From positions 55,030 to 119,029 of the forward strand of contig URZY01000005.1 of assembly GCA_900552495.1 (NCBI GenBank): a stretch of DNA of 64,000 nt, in the 5' to 3' direction. The translations under genes and the position numbers were made by a program. Shown here in pieces: positions 26,213-37,998 of the stretch (position 1 is its first letter; every line of letters begins with the position of its first letter). The notes beneath the pieces are model-generated. The model saw only the letters and a program-made list of their open reading frames with translations. It made no database searches and had not been told where the DNA came from. The stretch comes from an uncultured Mycoplasmatota bacterium. GTDB lineage: Bacteria; Bacillota_I; Bacilli_A; RF39; UBA660.

Positions 26213-26965
26213 TCACTCTCCTGTCCCTGTCAAGATTTTATATCCATCGGCAGTTACTACTACTGTATGTTCAAAATGAGCTGATGGACGACCGTCTTTG
26301 GTATCTATTGTCCAATCATTATCATGAACGTAAATTCTCGGACTACCTAAAGTTAACATTGGTTCTACAGCAATAACCATTCCTTCTTTTAGTCTTGGAC
26401 CGGTATTTGGTGTTCCATAATTTGGAACTTCTGGATCTTCATGTACTGAGGTCCCTACTCCATGTCCACATAGTTCTCTAACTACTCCTAGTTTATGGTC
26501 TTCGGCATATTTTTGAATAGCATAACCAATATCGCCTATTCTATTACCAGGTTTAACTTGTTCTAAACCAACGTATAGAGATTTTTCTGTGTGTTCTAAT
26601 AAGAACTCTTTTTCTTTATCAACTTCGCCTACTTTATAGGTCCAAGCAGAATCTCCATGATATCCTTTATAGCAAGCTCCGATATCTATAGATACTATAT
26701 CACCATTCTTCAATACTCTTTCACTAGGAAAACCATGAACAACTTCGGAGTTTATACTAATGCATAGAGTACTTGGGAATCCTTCGTATCCCTTAAAAGA
26801 AGGTGTAGCATCTTTGCTTCTAATGAAATCTTCTGCTAGCTTATCTAACTCAATAGTTTTTATACCTTCTTTTATATATGGTTGTAGATACTTATGTGTT
26901 TGATAGACAATATTACCAGCAATTTGTAGGAGTTCAATTTCACGTTTACTTTTAATTGTAATCAT
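26213..26965 (-). CDS. map: Methionine aminopeptidase type I
   Basis: 250 aa; metal ligands in [18 protein letters not shown] and EPM. Confidence 0.85.
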   Translation of the reverse strand: MITIKSKREIELLQIAGNIVYQTHKYLQPYIKEGIKTIELDKLAEDFIRSKDATPSFKGYEGFPSTLCISINSEVVHGFPSERVLKNGDIVSIDIGACYKGYHGDSAWTYKVGEVDKEKEFLLEHTEKSLYVGLEQVKPGNRIGDIGYAIQKYAEDHKLGVVRELCGHGVGTSVHEDPEVPNYGTPNTGPRLKEGMVIAVEPMLTLGSPRIYVHDNDWTIDTKDGRPSAHFEHTVVVTADGYKILTGTGE

Positions 26966-26980
26966 CTAATCATCTCCTCA

Positions 26981-27637
26981 TTAGTTTTTGCTAATAATTT
27001 CGTCAATATGTTTAAATACATTTTCAACAGTGTCTTCACCGTTTACTTCATGTAAGACATTTTGTTTTCTATAATGTTCAATAATTGGGGCTGTCTTTTC
27101 AAGATACATTGCATATCTTGTTTGAAATGCTTCTAGATTATCATCATTTCTTTGATATAATCTACCACCACAATTATCACATACTGATTCAACTTGTGGA
27201 GTATTGTCTGGATCATTTATATTAAAAATCGTATGACAATCTTCACAAACTCTTCTTCCTGTTATTCTCTTTTCAAGTGTTTTTGGCTCTATATTAAGTA
27301 AAATTACATTACCTACTTCATAACCTAAATCTGCAAGAATTTTATCATATTCAATAGCTTGTTCTAAATTTCTTGGAAAGCCATCTATAATATAACCATT
27401 TTTGCAATCATCACGGGCTAGACGCTCTTCGATTAATTTATATGTAATGTCGTCTTTTACTAACTTACCACTTGCTAATGTTTCTGCAACATAATTTCCA
27501 ATCTCACTATCTTCTTTAGCGATTTCTCTTAAAATATCGCCGGTTGAAATGTGAGGTAATTTGTACTTAGCAGTAATTAACTCAGCTTGAGTTCCTTTTC
27601 CTGCAGCAGGTGGTGCTATAAACATTATATTTTTCAT
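26981..27637 (-). CDS. adk: Adenylate kinase (with a Zn-binding lid CxxC...CxxC)
   Basis: The P-loop GAPGAGKGTQA is present, with CEDC...CDNCGG. Confidence 0.9.
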   Translation of the reverse strand: MKNIMFIAPPAAGKGTQAELITAKYKLPHISTGDILREIAKEDSEIGNYVAETLASGKLVKDDITYKLIEERLARDDCKNGYIIDGFPRNLEQAIEYDKILADLGYEVGNVILLNIEPKTLEKRITGRRVCEDCHTIFNINDPDNTPQVESVCDNCGGRLYQRNDDNLEAFQTRYAMYLEKTAPIIEHYRKQNVLHEVNGEDTVENVFKHIDEIISKN

Positions 27638-27640
27638 AAA

Positions 27641-28912
27641 TTACCTTCTATATCCTCTTTTATAACTTCTAGATAGAATACTTCCTTCTAGCTGTTTAAA
27701 TGTTTCAAGAGCAACTCCTACAACGATTAATAATCCCGTACCACCAATTGATACTGATGTAGGCAAGCTCGTAAATTTTGAGAACAATATTGGTAATCCA
27801 GCGATTACTACTAAGAAAGATGCTCCTAAAACTGTTAGTCTAGATAACACTTTACTTATAAACTTTTTAGTTTCATCTCCAGGTCTTATTCCAGGAATAT
27901 AACCACCATTATCTTGTAAATTCTTTGAAAATTCTTCTGGCTTTACTTGTATAAATGTATAGAAATAAGCAAAGAAGAAGATAAATATAACATACAATAG
28001 GAATCCTACCGGAGTTGTATAATCTAAATATTTTTGTGCAATTAAAGTGAATGTATCATTTTTAATAACTTGGGCAAGAATAGTTGGTATTGATAATAAA
28101 CTTGATGCAAAAATTACGGGAATTACTCCTGCGGTATTAATTTTGATAGGCATAAAACTTTGTGCTGCACTTCCATATGCATTTGTTGATTTATTTGCAT
28201 ATTGAATTGGTATTCTTCTTTCAGATTCTTGAACAAATATTACTCCAATTACGATAGCAAAATAAACTATTACAAATAGTAAAAATTTAATTATTCCTAA
28301 AGCAATTACTTGAGCTGTTCCGTTAAATGTTATCAATCCATTAAAGGCATCAATAAACATTTGTGGAAGGGTTGCAATAATACCAGCCATGATTATTAAA
28401 CTGATACCATTTCCAATACCTTTTTGAGTAATTTGATCTCCTAACCATAATAGGAATGCAGTTCCAGCTGTTAATACTGTAGATATATACATATATTCAA
28501 GTACACTAGCACTGTTTCCTAAGAATGCAAAGGAAAAGGCATATCCTTCAATAAAGGCAAATACAATACCTACATACCTCGTTATTTGGTTAATTTTTTG
28601 ACGACCAGTTGGTCCTTGTTTACTTAATTCAGTAAAGTATGGAATAATGTCCATTTGTAATAGCTGCATTATAATTGATGCAGTAATATATGGTGAAACA
28701 CCTAGGGCAAATATTGAGAAATTTTTAAGTGCTCCTCCACCCATAGTGTTAATTAGTTCTAAGAATCCAAGGTTGCTAGTAATATCCTCTGTTCCTGGAA
28801 CCTTAATAGAGATTCCCAATATGAAGATCATTAATGCTCCAAGAGTAAAGTATATTCTATGACGTAAGTCTTTATTCGTTGAAGTAAATAATTGCTTCAT
28901 AGTTTTAAACAT
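27641..28912 (-). CDS. secY: Preprotein translocase SecY
   Basis: 423 aa with 10 TM helices, located between rplO and adk. Confidence 0.9.
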   Translation of the reverse strand: MFKTMKQLFTSTNKDLRHRIYFTLGALMIFILGISIKVPGTEDITSNLGFLELINTMGGGALKNFSIFALGVSPYITASIIMQLLQMDIIPYFTELSKQGPTGRQKINQITRYVGIVFAFIEGYAFSFAFLGNSASVLEYMYISTVLTAGTAFLLWLGDQITQKGIGNGISLIIMAGIIATLPQMFIDAFNGLITFNGTAQVIALGIIKFLLFVIVYFAIVIGVIFVQESERRIPIQYANKSTNAYGSAAQSFMPIKINTAGVIPVIFASSLLSIPTILAQVIKNDTFTLIAQKYLDYTTPVGFLLYVIFIFFFAYFYTFIQVKPEEFSKNLQDNGGYIPGIRPGDETKKFISKVLSRLTVLGASFLVVIAGLPILFSKFTSLPTSVSIGGTGLLIVVGVALETFKQLEGSILSRSYKRGYRR

Positions 28913-28913
28913 A

Positions 28914-29357
28914 CTAGATCACCTCAGCTTTGCTACCTGACTCTTTAATCTTTTCTAAGGCACTAGTTGAGAATTTGTTAGCTTGAATAGTTAATTCTTT
29001 TTCTAACTTTCCGTTACCTAATACTTTAATTCCATCTAATTCTTTTTTTACAATTCCTGCTTCTTTTAATAGTGCAGGTGTTACTACTGTACCATTTTCA
29101 AAAACATTTAACTGTTCTACATTTACAGTAGCATATGTTGTCTTAAACATATGATTTGAGAATCCTCTTTTTGGAATTCTTCTATATAATGGTAATTGTC
29201 CACCTTCAAATACTGGATTGATACTACCACCACTACGTGCTTTTTGTCCTTTTTGTCCGCGACCACTTGTTTTACCAAGACCACTACCTGATCCGCGTCC
29301 TACACGTTTTTTAGCATGAGTAGCACCGATATTTTTTTCTAATTCATGTAACTTCAT
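28914..29357 (-). CDS. rplO: 50S ribosomal protein L15
   Basis: MKLHEL...[15 protein letters not shown]. Confidence 0.9.
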   Translation of the reverse strand: MKLHELEKNIGATHAKKRVGRGSGSGLGKTSGRGQKGQKARSGGSINPVFEGGQLPLYRRIPKRGFSNHMFKTTYATVNVEQLNVFENGTVVTPALLKEAGIVKKELDGIKVLGNGKLEKELTIQANKFSTSALEKIKESGSKAEVI

Positions 29358-29866
29358 TATCCTAATATCTCCTCTACTGTTTTTCCGCGAAGTGCTGCAA
29401 CTTGCTCTGCAGTCTTAATAGACTTTAATGCAGCTAAAGCAGCAGTCGCCATATTTAATTTTGTTCTTGCTCCTAGTGATTTAGAGACAACATCACGAAT
29501 TCCTGCTAATTCTAAGATTGCACGAACTGATCCACCAGCAATTACACCAGTACCAGCAGCAGCTGGTTTGATGATAACTCTAGCAGCTCCAGCGTGTCCA
29601 ATTGCTTCATGAGCAATTGTTCTTCCATCGATTAGAGGTATTGTGATTAATTTCTTATTAGCATCTTGAATTGCTTTTTTAATTGCATCAGGTACTTCGT
29701 TTGCTTTACCAATACCTAATCCAACTTTACCTTTACGGTCACCTACTACAACTATAGCAGAATATCTTCTTTGACGTCCACCTTTGTTAACTTTAACAAC
29801 GCTTTTTACATCAATTACTAATTCTTCTAAAAGTTTCTCTTTAGGTTCTTGAGTTCTCTTTTGCAT
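29357..29866 (-). CDS. rpsE: 30S ribosomal protein S5 (followed directly by rplO; no rpmD)
   Basis: [21 protein letters not shown]; its stop overlaps the rplO start. Confidence 0.9.
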   Translation of the reverse strand: MQKRTQEPKEKLLEELVIDVKSVVKVNKGGRQRRYSAIVVVGDRKGKVGLGIGKANEVPDAIKKAIQDANKKLITIPLIDGRTIAHEAIGHAGAARVIIKPAAAGTGVIAGGSVRAILELAGIRDVVSKSLGARTKLNMATAALAALKSIKTAEQVAALRGKTVEEILG

Positions 29867-29878
29867 AATACCCTCCTA

Positions 29879-30241
29879 TTAGAATTCTAGTCCGTTTTCA
29901 CGTGCAGCTTCTGCTAAAGCTTTTACACGTCCGTGATAAAGGTATCCACCTCTATCGAATACCACTTTTGTAATTTTTGCTTTTGTTGCTTTTTCGGCAA
30001 TTACTTTACCAACAACTTTAGCTGCTTCTACATTACTTCCATTTTCAAGTTTTAAATCTTTATCTAATGAGGAAGCAGATACAAGAGTAGTTCTAGTTTC
30101 ATCATCAATGATTTGTGCATATATTCCTGTATTTGAACGGAATATGCATAATCTTGGAGTTGCGCATGTTCCCATGATTGTCTTACGAATTCTTTCATGA
30201 CGTACTTTGCGCATACTATTACGAGATTCTTTTTTTATCAT
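29879..30241 (-). CDS. rplR: 50S ribosomal protein L18
   Basis: RHERIRKTI...[15 protein letters not shown]. Confidence 0.9.
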   Translation of the reverse strand: MIKKESRNSMRKVRHERIRKTIMGTCATPRLCIFRSNTGIYAQIIDDETRTTLVSASSLDKDLKLENGSNVEAAKVVGKVIAEKATKAKITKVVFDRGGYLYHGRVKALAEAARENGLEF

Positions 30242-30263
30242 TTTATTTCTCCCTTCCTACTGA

Positions 30264-30794
30264 TTAAGCAGCTTTCTTTCCTTCTTTACGAATGATATGT
30301 TCGTCTTTATAACGAATTCCTTTACCTTTATATGGCTCAGGTTGTCTTACTTCTCTGATCTTAGCAGCAAATTCACCAACTAATACTTTATCAATTCCTT
30401 TTACGGTAATTTCAGTATTTCCGTTAGCTTCTACTGTTAACCCTGCTGGGATTGCCATCTCTACTGGATGTGAATAACCAGCATTAATTACTAATTTTTG
30501 TCCTTGAACATTGAAACGGTATCCAACACCGATGATTTCTAATGACTTAGCATAACCATCTTTAACACCAATAATCATGTTTTGGATTAATGCATTCATT
30601 GTTCCATGCATTGCTTTAGCATTTTCATTATTGCGATCTAAAGTAATTTGATTTTCTTCTTGTTTCATTGTAATATCTTTTAACATTGGTTGAGTTAATT
30701 CACCTTTAGGTCCCTTAACTGTTACAATATTATTATTTAATTCAACAGTAACTCCTTCTGGAACTGTAATTATACGTTTTCCAATACGGCTCAT
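30264..30794 (-). CDS. rplF: 50S ribosomal protein L6
   Basis: MSRIGKRIITVPEGV...GYSHPV. Confidence 0.9.
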   Translation of the reverse strand: MSRIGKRIITVPEGVTVELNNNIVTVKGPKGELTQPMLKDITMKQEENQITLDRNNENAKAMHGTMNALIQNMIIGVKDGYAKSLEIIGVGYRFNVQGQKLVINAGYSHPVEMAIPAGLTVEANGNTEITVKGIDKVLVGEFAAKIREVRQPEPYKGKGIRYKDEHIIRKEGKKAA

Positions 30795-30821
30795 CTTGAC
30801 ACCTCCTTATATTTTTTTTAA

Positions 30822-31220
30822 TTACCAAATATAAGCTAGAACTTCTCCACCTATATTTTGTTTACGAGCTTCTTTATCTGTCATAATTCCTTTAGATGTT
30901 GAAATGATTGCAATTCCTAATCCGTTTAATACTTTTGGAATCTCATCATTTTTAGCATATACACGAAGTCCTGGTTTGGAAATTCTTTTTAGCCCAGTGA
31001 TAACTCTTTCTTTTTTGTTATATTTTAATGTTAGAACAATTGTTCCTTGAGCATCATCACTAACGATTTTGTAATCTTTAATAAATCCTTCATTTTTTAG
31101 AATTTTTGCTATTTCTTTTTTAACATTTGAAGCAGGAACTGTTACTTCTTCATAACGCATTTGGTTAGCATTACGAATACGTGTTAACATATCTGCAATT
31201 GTATCTGTTACTACTGCCAT
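30822..31220 (-). CDS. rpsH: 30S ribosomal protein S8 (start trimmed to [12 protein letters not shown]; RBS AAAGGAGGAG)
   Basis: [14 protein letters not shown]. The longer ORF in the track would overlap rpsN. Confidence 0.85.
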   Translation of the reverse strand: MAVVTDTIADMLTRIRNANQMRYEEVTVPASNVKKEIAKILKNEGFIKDYKIVSDDAQGTIVLTLKYNKKERVITGLKRISKPGLRVYAKNDEIPKVLNGLGIAIISTSKGIMTDKEARKQNIGGEVLAYIW

Positions 31221-31240
31221 TATAAACTCCTCCTTTCCAA

Positions 31241-31426
31241 TTACCAACTTGATTTTTTAATTCCTGGTATTTGTCCTTTATAAGCTAATTCACGGAAGCA
31301 AATACGGCAGATTCCGAATTTACTCATAACTGCGTGTGGACGACCACATCTAGAACATCTAGTGTATTCACGTACTTTATACTTTTGTGGTCTATTAGCT
31401 TTAATTATCATACTTTTCTTTGCCAT
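31241..31426 (-). CDS. rpsN: 30S ribosomal protein S14 type Z (zinc-binding)
   Basis: 61 aa; [23 protein letters not shown]. Confidence 0.9.
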   Translation of the reverse strand: MAKKSMIIKANRPQKYKVREYTRCSRCGRPHAVMSKFGICRICFRELAYKGQIPGIKKSSW

Positions 31427-31440
31427 AATTTTCCTCCCAT

Positions 31441-31980
31441 TTACTTTCTAAAAGGAATTCCAAGTCCATTTAATAAGTCGAATGATTCTTCATTAGTTTT
31501 TGCTGTTGTAACGAACACGATATCCATTCCGCGAACTTTTACAACATCGTCATAATTAATTTCTGAAAAGATTAATTGTTCTTTTAATCCCATTGTGTAA
31601 TTTCCTCTACCATCAAAGGCTTTTGGACTTACACCACGGAAGTCTCTTACTTGAGGTAATGAGATAGATATTAACTTATCTAAGAAGTTATACATATTAT
31701 CTCCTCTTAAAGTAACTTTACAACCAATAGCTTGACCTTCTCTTACTTTAAATCCAGCGATTGATTTTTTAGCTCTTGTTACAACTGGTTTTTGACCAGA
31801 AATTAAAGCTAAGTCTGCTACTGCTGCATCTAATAATTTAGAATTTCCAGTTGCATCTCCAACTCCCATATTAATAACGATTTTTTCTAATTTTGGAACT
31901 TCCATTACTGACTTATAATTATATTTATTCATTAAACTTGAAACAACTTCATTTAAGTATTTCTCTTTTAGGCGGTTCAT
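31441..31980 (-). CDS. rplE: 50S ribosomal protein L5
   Basis: [12 protein letters not shown]...NMGVGDA. Confidence 0.9.
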   Translation of the reverse strand: MNRLKEKYLNEVVSSLMNKYNYKSVMEVPKLEKIVINMGVGDATGNSKLLDAAVADLALISGQKPVVTRAKKSIAGFKVREGQAIGCKVTLRGDNMYNFLDKLISISLPQVRDFRGVSPKAFDGRGNYTMGLKEQLIFSEINYDDVVKVRGMDIVFVTTAKTNEESFDLLNGLGIPFRK

Positions 31981-31997
31981 AGTTACCCTCCTTCCAA

Positions 31998-32309
31998 TTA
32001 ATCAATCTTCTCGTTTGATTTTTTTGTGATTCTTATTTTTTTACCTGTCTTTGTATCAGTTGTATGTCCTATTCTAGTTCTTTTCTTAGTTTTAGGATCA
32101 ACTATCATAACATTTGATGCATTGATTGGTGCTTCTATTTCTAAAATTCCACCAGTTGCTTGTCCGGTAGGTTTTTGATGTTTTTTTACAATATTAACAC
32201 CTTCAACTACTACTTTATTTTCATCTTTTAATGTTTTAACAATTTTTCCTGTTTTACCTTTATCAGAACCAGTGATAACTACAACTTCATCTCCTATTTT
32301 AAAGTTCAT
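31998..32309 (-). CDS. rplX: 50S ribosomal protein L24
   Basis: [21 protein letters not shown], a KOW motif. Confidence 0.9.
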   Translation of the reverse strand: MNFKIGDEVVVITGSDKGKTGKIVKTLKDENKVVVEGVNIVKKHQKPTGQATGGILEIEAPINASNVMIVDPKTKKRTRIGHTTDTKTGKKIRITKKSNEKID

Positions 32310-32322
32310 ATTTATCCTCCTC

Positions 32323-32691
32323 TTATAAAACTTCTTTTGCTAAAGAAACAATTTTCATGTAATCTTTATCACGAAGTTCTCTTGCTACTGGTCCAAAAAT
32401 ACGAGTTCCTACTGGACTCTTGTCATCACGAATGATAACACAAGCATTGTCATCGAACTTAATGTAACTTCCATCTTCACGACGAACGCCTTGACGACTA
32501 CGAACGATAACTGCTTTTACAACTTTTCCTTTTTTTACTGGTGAGTTAGGAATTGCACTCTTAACTGTTCCAACTACTACGTCACCAATGTTACCTGTTT
32601 TTACCTTACTTCCACCTAGAACACGAATAACTAATAGTTCACGTGCACCAGAGTTGTCAGCAACCTTCATACGGCTTTCTTGTTGTAACAT
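32323..32691 (-). CDS. rplN: 50S ribosomal protein L14
   Basis: [28 protein letters not shown]. Confidence 0.9.
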   Translation of the reverse strand: MLQQESRMKVADNSGARELLVIRVLGGSKVKTGNIGDVVVGTVKSAIPNSPVKKGKVVKAVIVRSRQGVRREDGSYIKFDDNACVIIRDDKSPVGTRIFGPVARELRDKDYMKIVSLAKEVL

Positions 32692-32719
32692 AGATTATTC
32701 CTCCTTCTTCATCTAAGCG

Positions 32720-32980
32720 TTAAATAATAACTGCTTCTTTTACGATTTCTTTTAAATAGAAATGCTTAGTTTTTGATATAGGTCTTGTTTCAACTATACG
32801 AACTGTATCTCCAACTTTAGCGATATTTTTTTCATCATGTACACTATATTTTTTAGAGCTTTTAACTCTTTTATGATATAACGGATGGTTTTTATAAGTT
32901 TCAACTAAAACAGTGATTGTTTTATCATTAGTAGAGCTAACAACTTTACCAACTAATTCTTTGCTTAATTTCTTTTCCAC
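32720..32980 (-). CDS. rpsQ: 30S ribosomal protein S17
   Basis: [17 protein letters not shown]...HDEKN. Confidence 0.9.
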   Translation of the reverse strand: MEKKLSKELVGKVVSSTNDKTITVLVETYKNHPLYHKRVKSSKKYSVHDEKNIAKVGDTVRIVETRPISKTKHFYLKEIVKEAVII

Positions 32981-32991
32981 TTAAATCCCTC

Positions 32992-33186
32992 CTACTCGCT
33001 TAATTCACGTTCTTTTAGAACGGTTTTTAATCTTGCAACTGTATGTCTTAAATCTTTGATTCTAGATGGTTTTTCTAGGTTTCCTGTTGCTTGTTGGAAA
33101 CGTAAGTTAAATAATTCTTCTTTTGCTTCAACTAATTTTTTGTTGATTTCTTCTGTTGATAATTCTCTAATTTCTTTAACCTTCAT
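32992..33186 (-). CDS. rpmC: 50S ribosomal protein L29
   Basis: [18 protein letters not shown]...[13 protein letters not shown]. Confidence 0.9.
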   Translation of the reverse strand: MKVKEIRELSTEEINKKLVEAKEELFNLRFQQATGNLEKPSRIKDLRHTVARLKTVLKERELSE

Positions 33187-33607
33187 TTACTTCACCACCA
33201 TTTTCTTTTTTTACAAATTTAGTTGCAATAGGTAGTTTATGAGATGCAAGTCTTAAAGCTTCACGAGCAACTTCTTCTGTAACTCCAGCAATTTCAAACA
33301 TGATCTTTCCTTCTTTAACTACTGCAACCCATCCTTCAACGTTACCTTTACCTTTACCTTGTCTTGTACCGATAGGTTTTTTAGTTAATGGCATATGAGG
33401 GAAGATGTTTATCCAAACTTTTCCACCACGTTTCATATAACGAGTCATCGCAATACGAGCTGCTTCGATTTGATTTGCTGTAATCCAAGCTCCCTCTTTT
33501 GCTTGAAGACCAAATTCTCCGAATGATAGTTCTCTATTTCCACGTGATCTTCCTTCGTAAGGTAATCTATGAACACGACGATATTTAGTTCTTGACGGTA
33601 TTAACAT
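33176..33607 (-). CDS. rplP: 50S ribosomal protein L16
   Basis: [14 protein letters not shown]. Confidence 0.9.
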   Translation of the reverse strand: MLIPSRTKYRRVHRLPYEGRSRGNRELSFGEFGLQAKEGAWITANQIEAARIAMTRYMKRGGKVWINIFPHMPLTKKPIGTRQGKGKGNVEGWVAVVKEGKIMFEIAGVTEEVAREALRLASHKLPIATKFVKKENGGEVNEG

Positions 33608-33608
33608 A

Positions 33609-34259
33609 TTAATTACCTCCTTTTGCCTTTTTATTTAAGATTTCACCTTTGTAAATCCATACCTTTACACCGATTTTACCAAATGTTGTATCAGCTTCTG
33701 CTGTTGCATAATCAACATCTGCTCTCAATGTATGTAGTGGAATAGTTCCTTCAGTGTATCCTTCACTACGTGCCATATCAGCTCCACCTAGACGTCCTGA
33801 AACTGATGTTTTAATTCCTTTAGCTCCTGCTTTCATAGCATTTCTAATTGCACGTTTTTGAGCCATACGGAATGAAGCTCTGTTAGTAATTTGATTAGCG
33901 ATTGAATCAGCAACTAATTGAGCATCTAAATCTACTTTTTTAATATCAACGATTGAGATTTGAACGTTTTCATCTGCAACCTTTGATAATTGAGTTTTTA
34001 ATTTTTCAATTTCTTCTCCACCGTGTCCAATCATAACACCAGGTTTAGAAGTATGAATTACAACTTCACATTTCTTAGCATTTCTTTCAATTTCAACTTT
34101 TGCAATTCCGGCATTTTTTAAATTTTCAGCTAAATATTCACGAATTTTAACATCTTTTTCTAGGTATTTAGAAAAGTCTTTGCTGTTTGCATACCATTTT
34201 GCTTGCCAGTCTTTATTGATACCAAGTCTAAGTCCATTAGGATTAACCTTTTGTCCCAT
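33609..34259 (-). CDS. rpsC: 30S ribosomal protein S3
   Basis: [13 protein letters not shown], with a KH domain. Confidence 0.9.
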   Translation of the reverse strand: MGQKVNPNGLRLGINKDWQAKWYANSKDFSKYLEKDVKIREYLAENLKNAGIAKVEIERNAKKCEVVIHTSKPGVMIGHGGEEIEKLKTQLSKVADENVQISIVDIKKVDLDAQLVADSIANQITNRASFRMAQKRAIRNAMKAGAKGIKTSVSGRLGGADMARSEGYTEGTIPLHTLRADVDYATAEADTTFGKIGVKVWIYKGEILNKKAKGGN

Positions 34260-34274
34260 TTTGTAACCTCCTTA

Positions 34275-34610
34275 TTAGTTTTTTGTAGCCACTGCTATAA
34301 CTATGTGACTAGTTCTGTGATCTTTATGTCCAATATGAGAACGTGAATCAAACATGTGACGTTTCATAACAGGACCAGCATCTACTCTTGCTTCTTTAAC
34401 ATAAAGTGTTGCAGCATCTGCACCATTGTTGTTAACAGCGTTAGCAATAGCAGAGTCTAAAACTTTTTTAGTAAGTCTTGCAGACTTATTATTTACATTA
34501 CTTAATATGGTTAATGCTTCTTGTACACTTTTACCACGAATTAGATCTGAAACTAAACGAGCTCTAATTGGTGATATTCTAAGTCCCTTAGCAATTGCTT
34601 TTGCTTCCAT
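34275..34610 (-). CDS. rplV: 50S ribosomal protein L22
   Basis: MEAKAIAKGLRISPIRARLV. Confidence 0.9.
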   Translation of the reverse strand: MEAKAIAKGLRISPIRARLVSDLIRGKSVQEALTILSNVNNKSARLTKKVLDSAIANAVNNNGADAATLYVKEARVDAGPVMKRHMFDSRSHIGHKDHRTSHIVIAVATKN

Positions 34611-34633
34611 ATATTTCCCTCCTAGTCATTATT

Positions 34634-34900
34634 TTATTTTTTGTCTGAACCATGTCCACCGAATTTACGTGTTAATGCAAATTCACCTAATTTATGTCCA
34701 ACCATGTCTTCTGTAACATAAACTGGAATAAATTCTTTTCCGTTGTGAACTGCAAATGTGTGTCCTATAAAATCAGGAAAAATAGTGGAACGGCGTGACC
34801 ATGTTTTAATGACTTCTTTTTTTCCAGACTTATTTAATTCTTGAACTCTTTTTAGTAATCTATCGAATACATAAGGTCCTTTTTTTAAACTTCTTGCCAT
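34634..34900 (-). CDS. rpsS: 30S ribosomal protein S19
   Basis: [11 protein letters not shown]...[10 protein letters not shown]. Confidence 0.9.
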   Translation of the reverse strand: MARSLKKGPYVFDRLLKRVQELNKSGKKEVIKTWSRRSTIFPDFIGHTFAVHNGKEFIPVYVTEDMVGHKLGEFALTRKFGGHGSDKK

Positions 34901-34920
34901 TTTTTAATCATCCTTTCCTA

Positions 34921-35748
34921 TTATTTACTACGACGACGTACTATGAACTTGTCAGATTGTTTTTTCTTACGTGTCTTTAATCCAAGTGCAGGTTTTCCCC
35001 AAGGTGTCATAGGTGCTTTACGTCCTACTGGAGCGCGTCCTTCACCTCCACCGTGTGGGTGGTCATTAGGGTTCATAACTGAACCACGAACTGTTGGTCT
35101 AATTCCCATGTGACGGCTACGTCCTGCTTTTCCGATTTTTACCAATGAAGAATCTTCATTTCCAACTTCTCCAACTGTAGCCATACAAGTTCCAAGAACT
35201 TTTCTTTGTTCACCACTTGATAAACGAATCATTACATAGTTTCCTTCACGACCAAGGATTTGAGCAGAGGCCCCAGCACTTCTTGCTAATTCTCCACCTT
35301 TTCCTGGACGAAGTTCAATGTTATGAACCATTGTACCAACTGGAATATTCATAATTGGTAAAGCATTACCAACTTTAATATCAGCATTTTCTCCAGCTTC
35401 AACTGTCATTCCAACTGTTAAACCTTTTGGAGCAATGATATATCTTTTTTCTCCATCTGCATAATTGATTAGTGCAATGTTTGCAGTTCTGTTTGGATCG
35501 TATTCAATTGTTGCTACTGATCCAGGTACGTTTAATTTATTTCTTTTGAAATCAATGATACGATATTTTCTTTTTTCTCCACCACCATGATGACGAACAG
35601 TTATCTTACCTTGATTATTACGTCCACCATTTTTCTTAATAGTAACTGTAAGAGATTTTTCAGGTACATTAGTTGTAATTTCTTCATTTACTAATGTACT
35701 CATTTTTCTACGTCCTGGTGTAGTAGGTTTATAATTTCTGATTGCCAT
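34921..35748 (-). CDS. rplB: 50S ribosomal protein L2
   Basis: 275 aa; [16 protein letters not shown]. Confidence 0.9.
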   Translation of the reverse strand: MAIRNYKPTTPGRRKMSTLVNEEITTNVPEKSLTVTIKKNGGRNNQGKITVRHHGGGEKRKYRIIDFKRNKLNVPGSVATIEYDPNRTANIALINYADGEKRYIIAPKGLTVGMTVEAGENADIKVGNALPIMNIPVGTMVHNIELRPGKGGELARSAGASAQILGREGNYVMIRLSSGEQRKVLGTCMATVGEVGNEDSSLVKIGKAGRSRHMGIRPTVRGSVMNPNDHPHGGGEGRAPVGRKAPMTPWGKPALGLKTRKKKQSDKFIVRRRSK

Positions 35749-35765
35749 AATTTATTCTCCTCCTT

Positions 35766-36050
35766 CTAACCAAGATCAATTGTTTGTCCTTCTGCAAGAG
35801 TAACAATTGCTTTCTTATAACGATTAGTTAATCCTGTGTAACGACCAACTCTTCTTTTTTTAGGTTTTACATTTATTGTTCTAATTGCTGTAACTTTGAC
35901 ATTAAAGATTTTTTCAATTGCTTCTTTAATCTCAATTTTATTAGCTTTAGAATCTACTTTGAAAGTGTATTTTCCTTCGCTTTTAGCAATTTGTGATTTT
36001 TCAGTAATAACTGGTGCTTTAATTATTTCTAAATATTTTGTGTCTTTCAT
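35766..36050 (-). CDS. rplW: 50S ribosomal protein L23
   Basis: 94 aa, between rplD and rplB. Confidence 0.85.
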   Translation of the reverse strand: MKDTKYLEIIKAPVITEKSQIAKSEGKYTFKVDSKANKIEIKEAIEKIFNVKVTAIRTINVKPKKRRVGRYTGLTNRYKKAIVTLAEGQTIDLG

Positions 36051-36676
36051 TATTTAAGCACCTCCTCAATATTTTTTAATGCAGTTTCTGTAACTAGCAT
36101 TACATCTGTTCCAACTACATCTAATACGTTGATTTCTTCTGCTAATATTAATACTAAGTTTTGAATATTTCTTGATGCTAAAATCATGTTATCATCAAAT
36201 TCATCAACTACTAATAATACTTTTTTATCAGCAACTTTTAAAGTTTCAAGAATGTTCATCATTTCTTTTGTCTTTGGTGTTTCAATTGTTAATTTTTCTA
36301 AAACGATGATTGCTTTTTCATTAGCTTTATCTGCTAAAGCTGATTTTAAAGCAAGTCTTCTTTCTTTTCTATTTTGTTTTTTGCTATAGTCTCTAGGTAC
36401 TGGAGTTCCATAATTTCCTCCACCTACCCATTGTACAGATCTAATAGATCCTTGACGAGCACGTCCAGTTCCTTTTTGTCTCCATGGCTTTCTTCCTCCA
36501 CCACTTACTTCTGAACGATTTTTTGTTTTATGGGTTCCTTGTCTTAGTGATGCCATTGTTAAAATTATTGCATCATGTAAAACAGCATTGTTTGGGGTAA
36601 TTCCAAATATTTCTTCGTTTAAATTAATGTCCTTTACTTTTTCACCTTTAAGATTTAAAAGTTCTACTTTTTTCAT
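36050..36676 (-). CDS. rplD: 50S ribosomal protein L4
   Basis: 208 aa; [16 protein letters not shown]. Confidence 0.9.
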   Translation of the reverse strand: MKKVELLNLKGEKVKDINLNEEIFGITPNNAVLHDAIILTMASLRQGTHKTKNRSEVSGGGRKPWRQKGTGRARQGSIRSVQWVGGGNYGTPVPRDYSKKQNRKERRLALKSALADKANEKAIIVLEKLTIETPKTKEMMNILETLKVADKKVLLVVDEFDDNMILASRNIQNLVLILAEEINVLDVVGTDVMLVTETALKNIEEVLK

Positions 36677-36736
36677 TTACGATTCCTCCTTTCATCACAT
36701 TTAAATTAAAAATTTCTTTATTATATATTGTGATGA

Positions 36737-37456
36737 TTATTCAACTGTTGTTTCTTCAGTAGCTGTTTCTTCAACTTCAACTACTTCAGGTTCTACGTAA
36801 CTAACTAAGTTAGCAGCTTCTCTTTTTACGTCTGGTTTTTTAACCGCAGTACGAATCATAACTAATGATTTCTTTGGACCTGGAACATTACCTTTAACTA
36901 AGATTACACTGTTTTCTGTATCTACTGATACAATTTCAAGATTTTGAACTGTTCTTTGAACATTACCCATTTGTCCTGGCATCTTTTTACCTTTTAGAAC
37001 GTGCATTGGTAAAAGAGTACCTAATGAACCAACACCTCTGTGGTATTGAGAACCATGTCCTTTTGGACCGATTGATTGATTGTGACGTTTAATAACACCT
37101 TGGAACCCTTTACCTTTACTAGTTCCAGTAACATCAACCATTTCCCCTTCGCTGAAAATGTCTACGCCAATAGTTTGACCTAAAGTGTATTCATTAACGT
37201 TAACTCCTCTAATTTCTCTTAAGAAGCGCTTAGGTGCTGTATTAGCTTTGTTTGTATGACCCATAGCTGGCTTATTGCTTAACTTTTCTCTGATTGTTTC
37301 AGTTGCAAGTTGTACTGCTTCATAACCATCTTTTTCTACTGTTTTGATTTGAGTTACAACATTTGGTTCAACTTCAATAACAGTAACCGGAATTAATTTA
37401 CCTTCTGTAGTAAATACTTGAGTCATTCCGATTTTTTTACCTAAGATTCCTTTCAT
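36737..37456 (-). CDS. rplC: 50S ribosomal protein L3 (with an acidic C-terminal extension)
   Basis: [15 protein letters not shown]. Confidence 0.9.
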   Translation of the reverse strand: MKGILGKKIGMTQVFTTEGKLIPVTVIEVEPNVVTQIKTVEKDGYEAVQLATETIREKLSNKPAMGHTNKANTAPKRFLREIRGVNVNEYTLGQTIGVDIFSEGEMVDVTGTSKGKGFQGVIKRHNQSIGPKGHGSQYHRGVGSLGTLLPMHVLKGKKMPGQMGNVQRTVQNLEIVSVDTENSVILVKGNVPGPKKSLVMIRTAVKKPDVKREAANLVSYVEPEVVEVEETATEETTVE

Positions 37457-37473
37457 TATTGTTTCCTCCTAAA

Positions 37474-37785
37474 TTATTTTGTCTTGATTTCGATATCAAC
37501 ACCACTTGGTAAGTCTAAGTGAGCTAATGCTTCAACTGTTTCCTTACTTGGATTTTTAATATCGATTAATCTCTTGTGTGTACGCATTTCGAATTGTTCA
37601 CGTGAATCTTTATACTTGTGTACAGCTCTTAAAATTGTGAATTTTTCAACTTCAGTTGGAAGTGGTACTGGACCTGATATTACTCCGCCAGATCTTTTTA
37701 CTGTTTCAACAATTTTTTTAGCAGCATTGTCAAGTATTCTGTGATCGTATGCTTTAATTCTAATACGAATTTTTTCTGTTGACAT
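37474..37785 (-). CDS. rpsJ: 30S ribosomal protein S10 (start trimmed to [15 protein letters not shown])
   Basis: [15 protein letters not shown]...GPVPLPT. The longer ORF in the track runs into the leader. Confidence 0.9.
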   Translation of the reverse strand: MSTEKIRIRIKAYDHRILDNAAKKIVETVKRSGGVISGPVPLPTEVEKFTILRAVHKYKDSREQFEMRTHKRLIDIKNPSKETVEALAHLDLPSGVDIEIKTK

Positions 37786-37938
37786 ATTATTAATCTCCCT
37801 TCGCCTATATCTTGTATAGACTTGCTCCGTGCGAATAACCCAATAACTAGTTAACAACTTAACCCGGTGTATCGGCAACCTCGCACATCTAAGCAGTCAC
37901 ACGGTTATAATTATAACAGGGGTCTTATTGTTTTGCAA
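37786..37938 (-). promoter_or_regulatory. S10-operon sigma-A promoter (-35 TTGCAA at 37933-37938, 17-nt spacer, extended -10 TGTTATAAT at 37910-37918) plus a roughly 115-nt GC-rich structured 5' leader
   Basis: The minus strand reads TTGCAAAACAATAAGACCCCTGTTATAAT. The leader is roughly 50% GC in a roughly 28% GC genome and contains the helix GUGCGAGG...UUCGCACGG enclosing CCGAUACACCGGG. Confidence 0.5.
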
Positions 37939-37998
37939 GCATTTTTTAGTTTTTTTCTTATTTTTCAACAATATTTTTCATTTTGGAGAGTAAATTAA

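Noticed and set aside
37786-37878. N-terminal extensions of rpsJ, and similarly of rpsH, tpiA, spo0A, uvrB, dfx and the Y-family polymerase gene, in the ORF track
   Set aside because: Internal ATGs with proper RBS spacing give protein N-termini matching family consensus. The longer versions overlap upstream genes or run through promoters and leaders.
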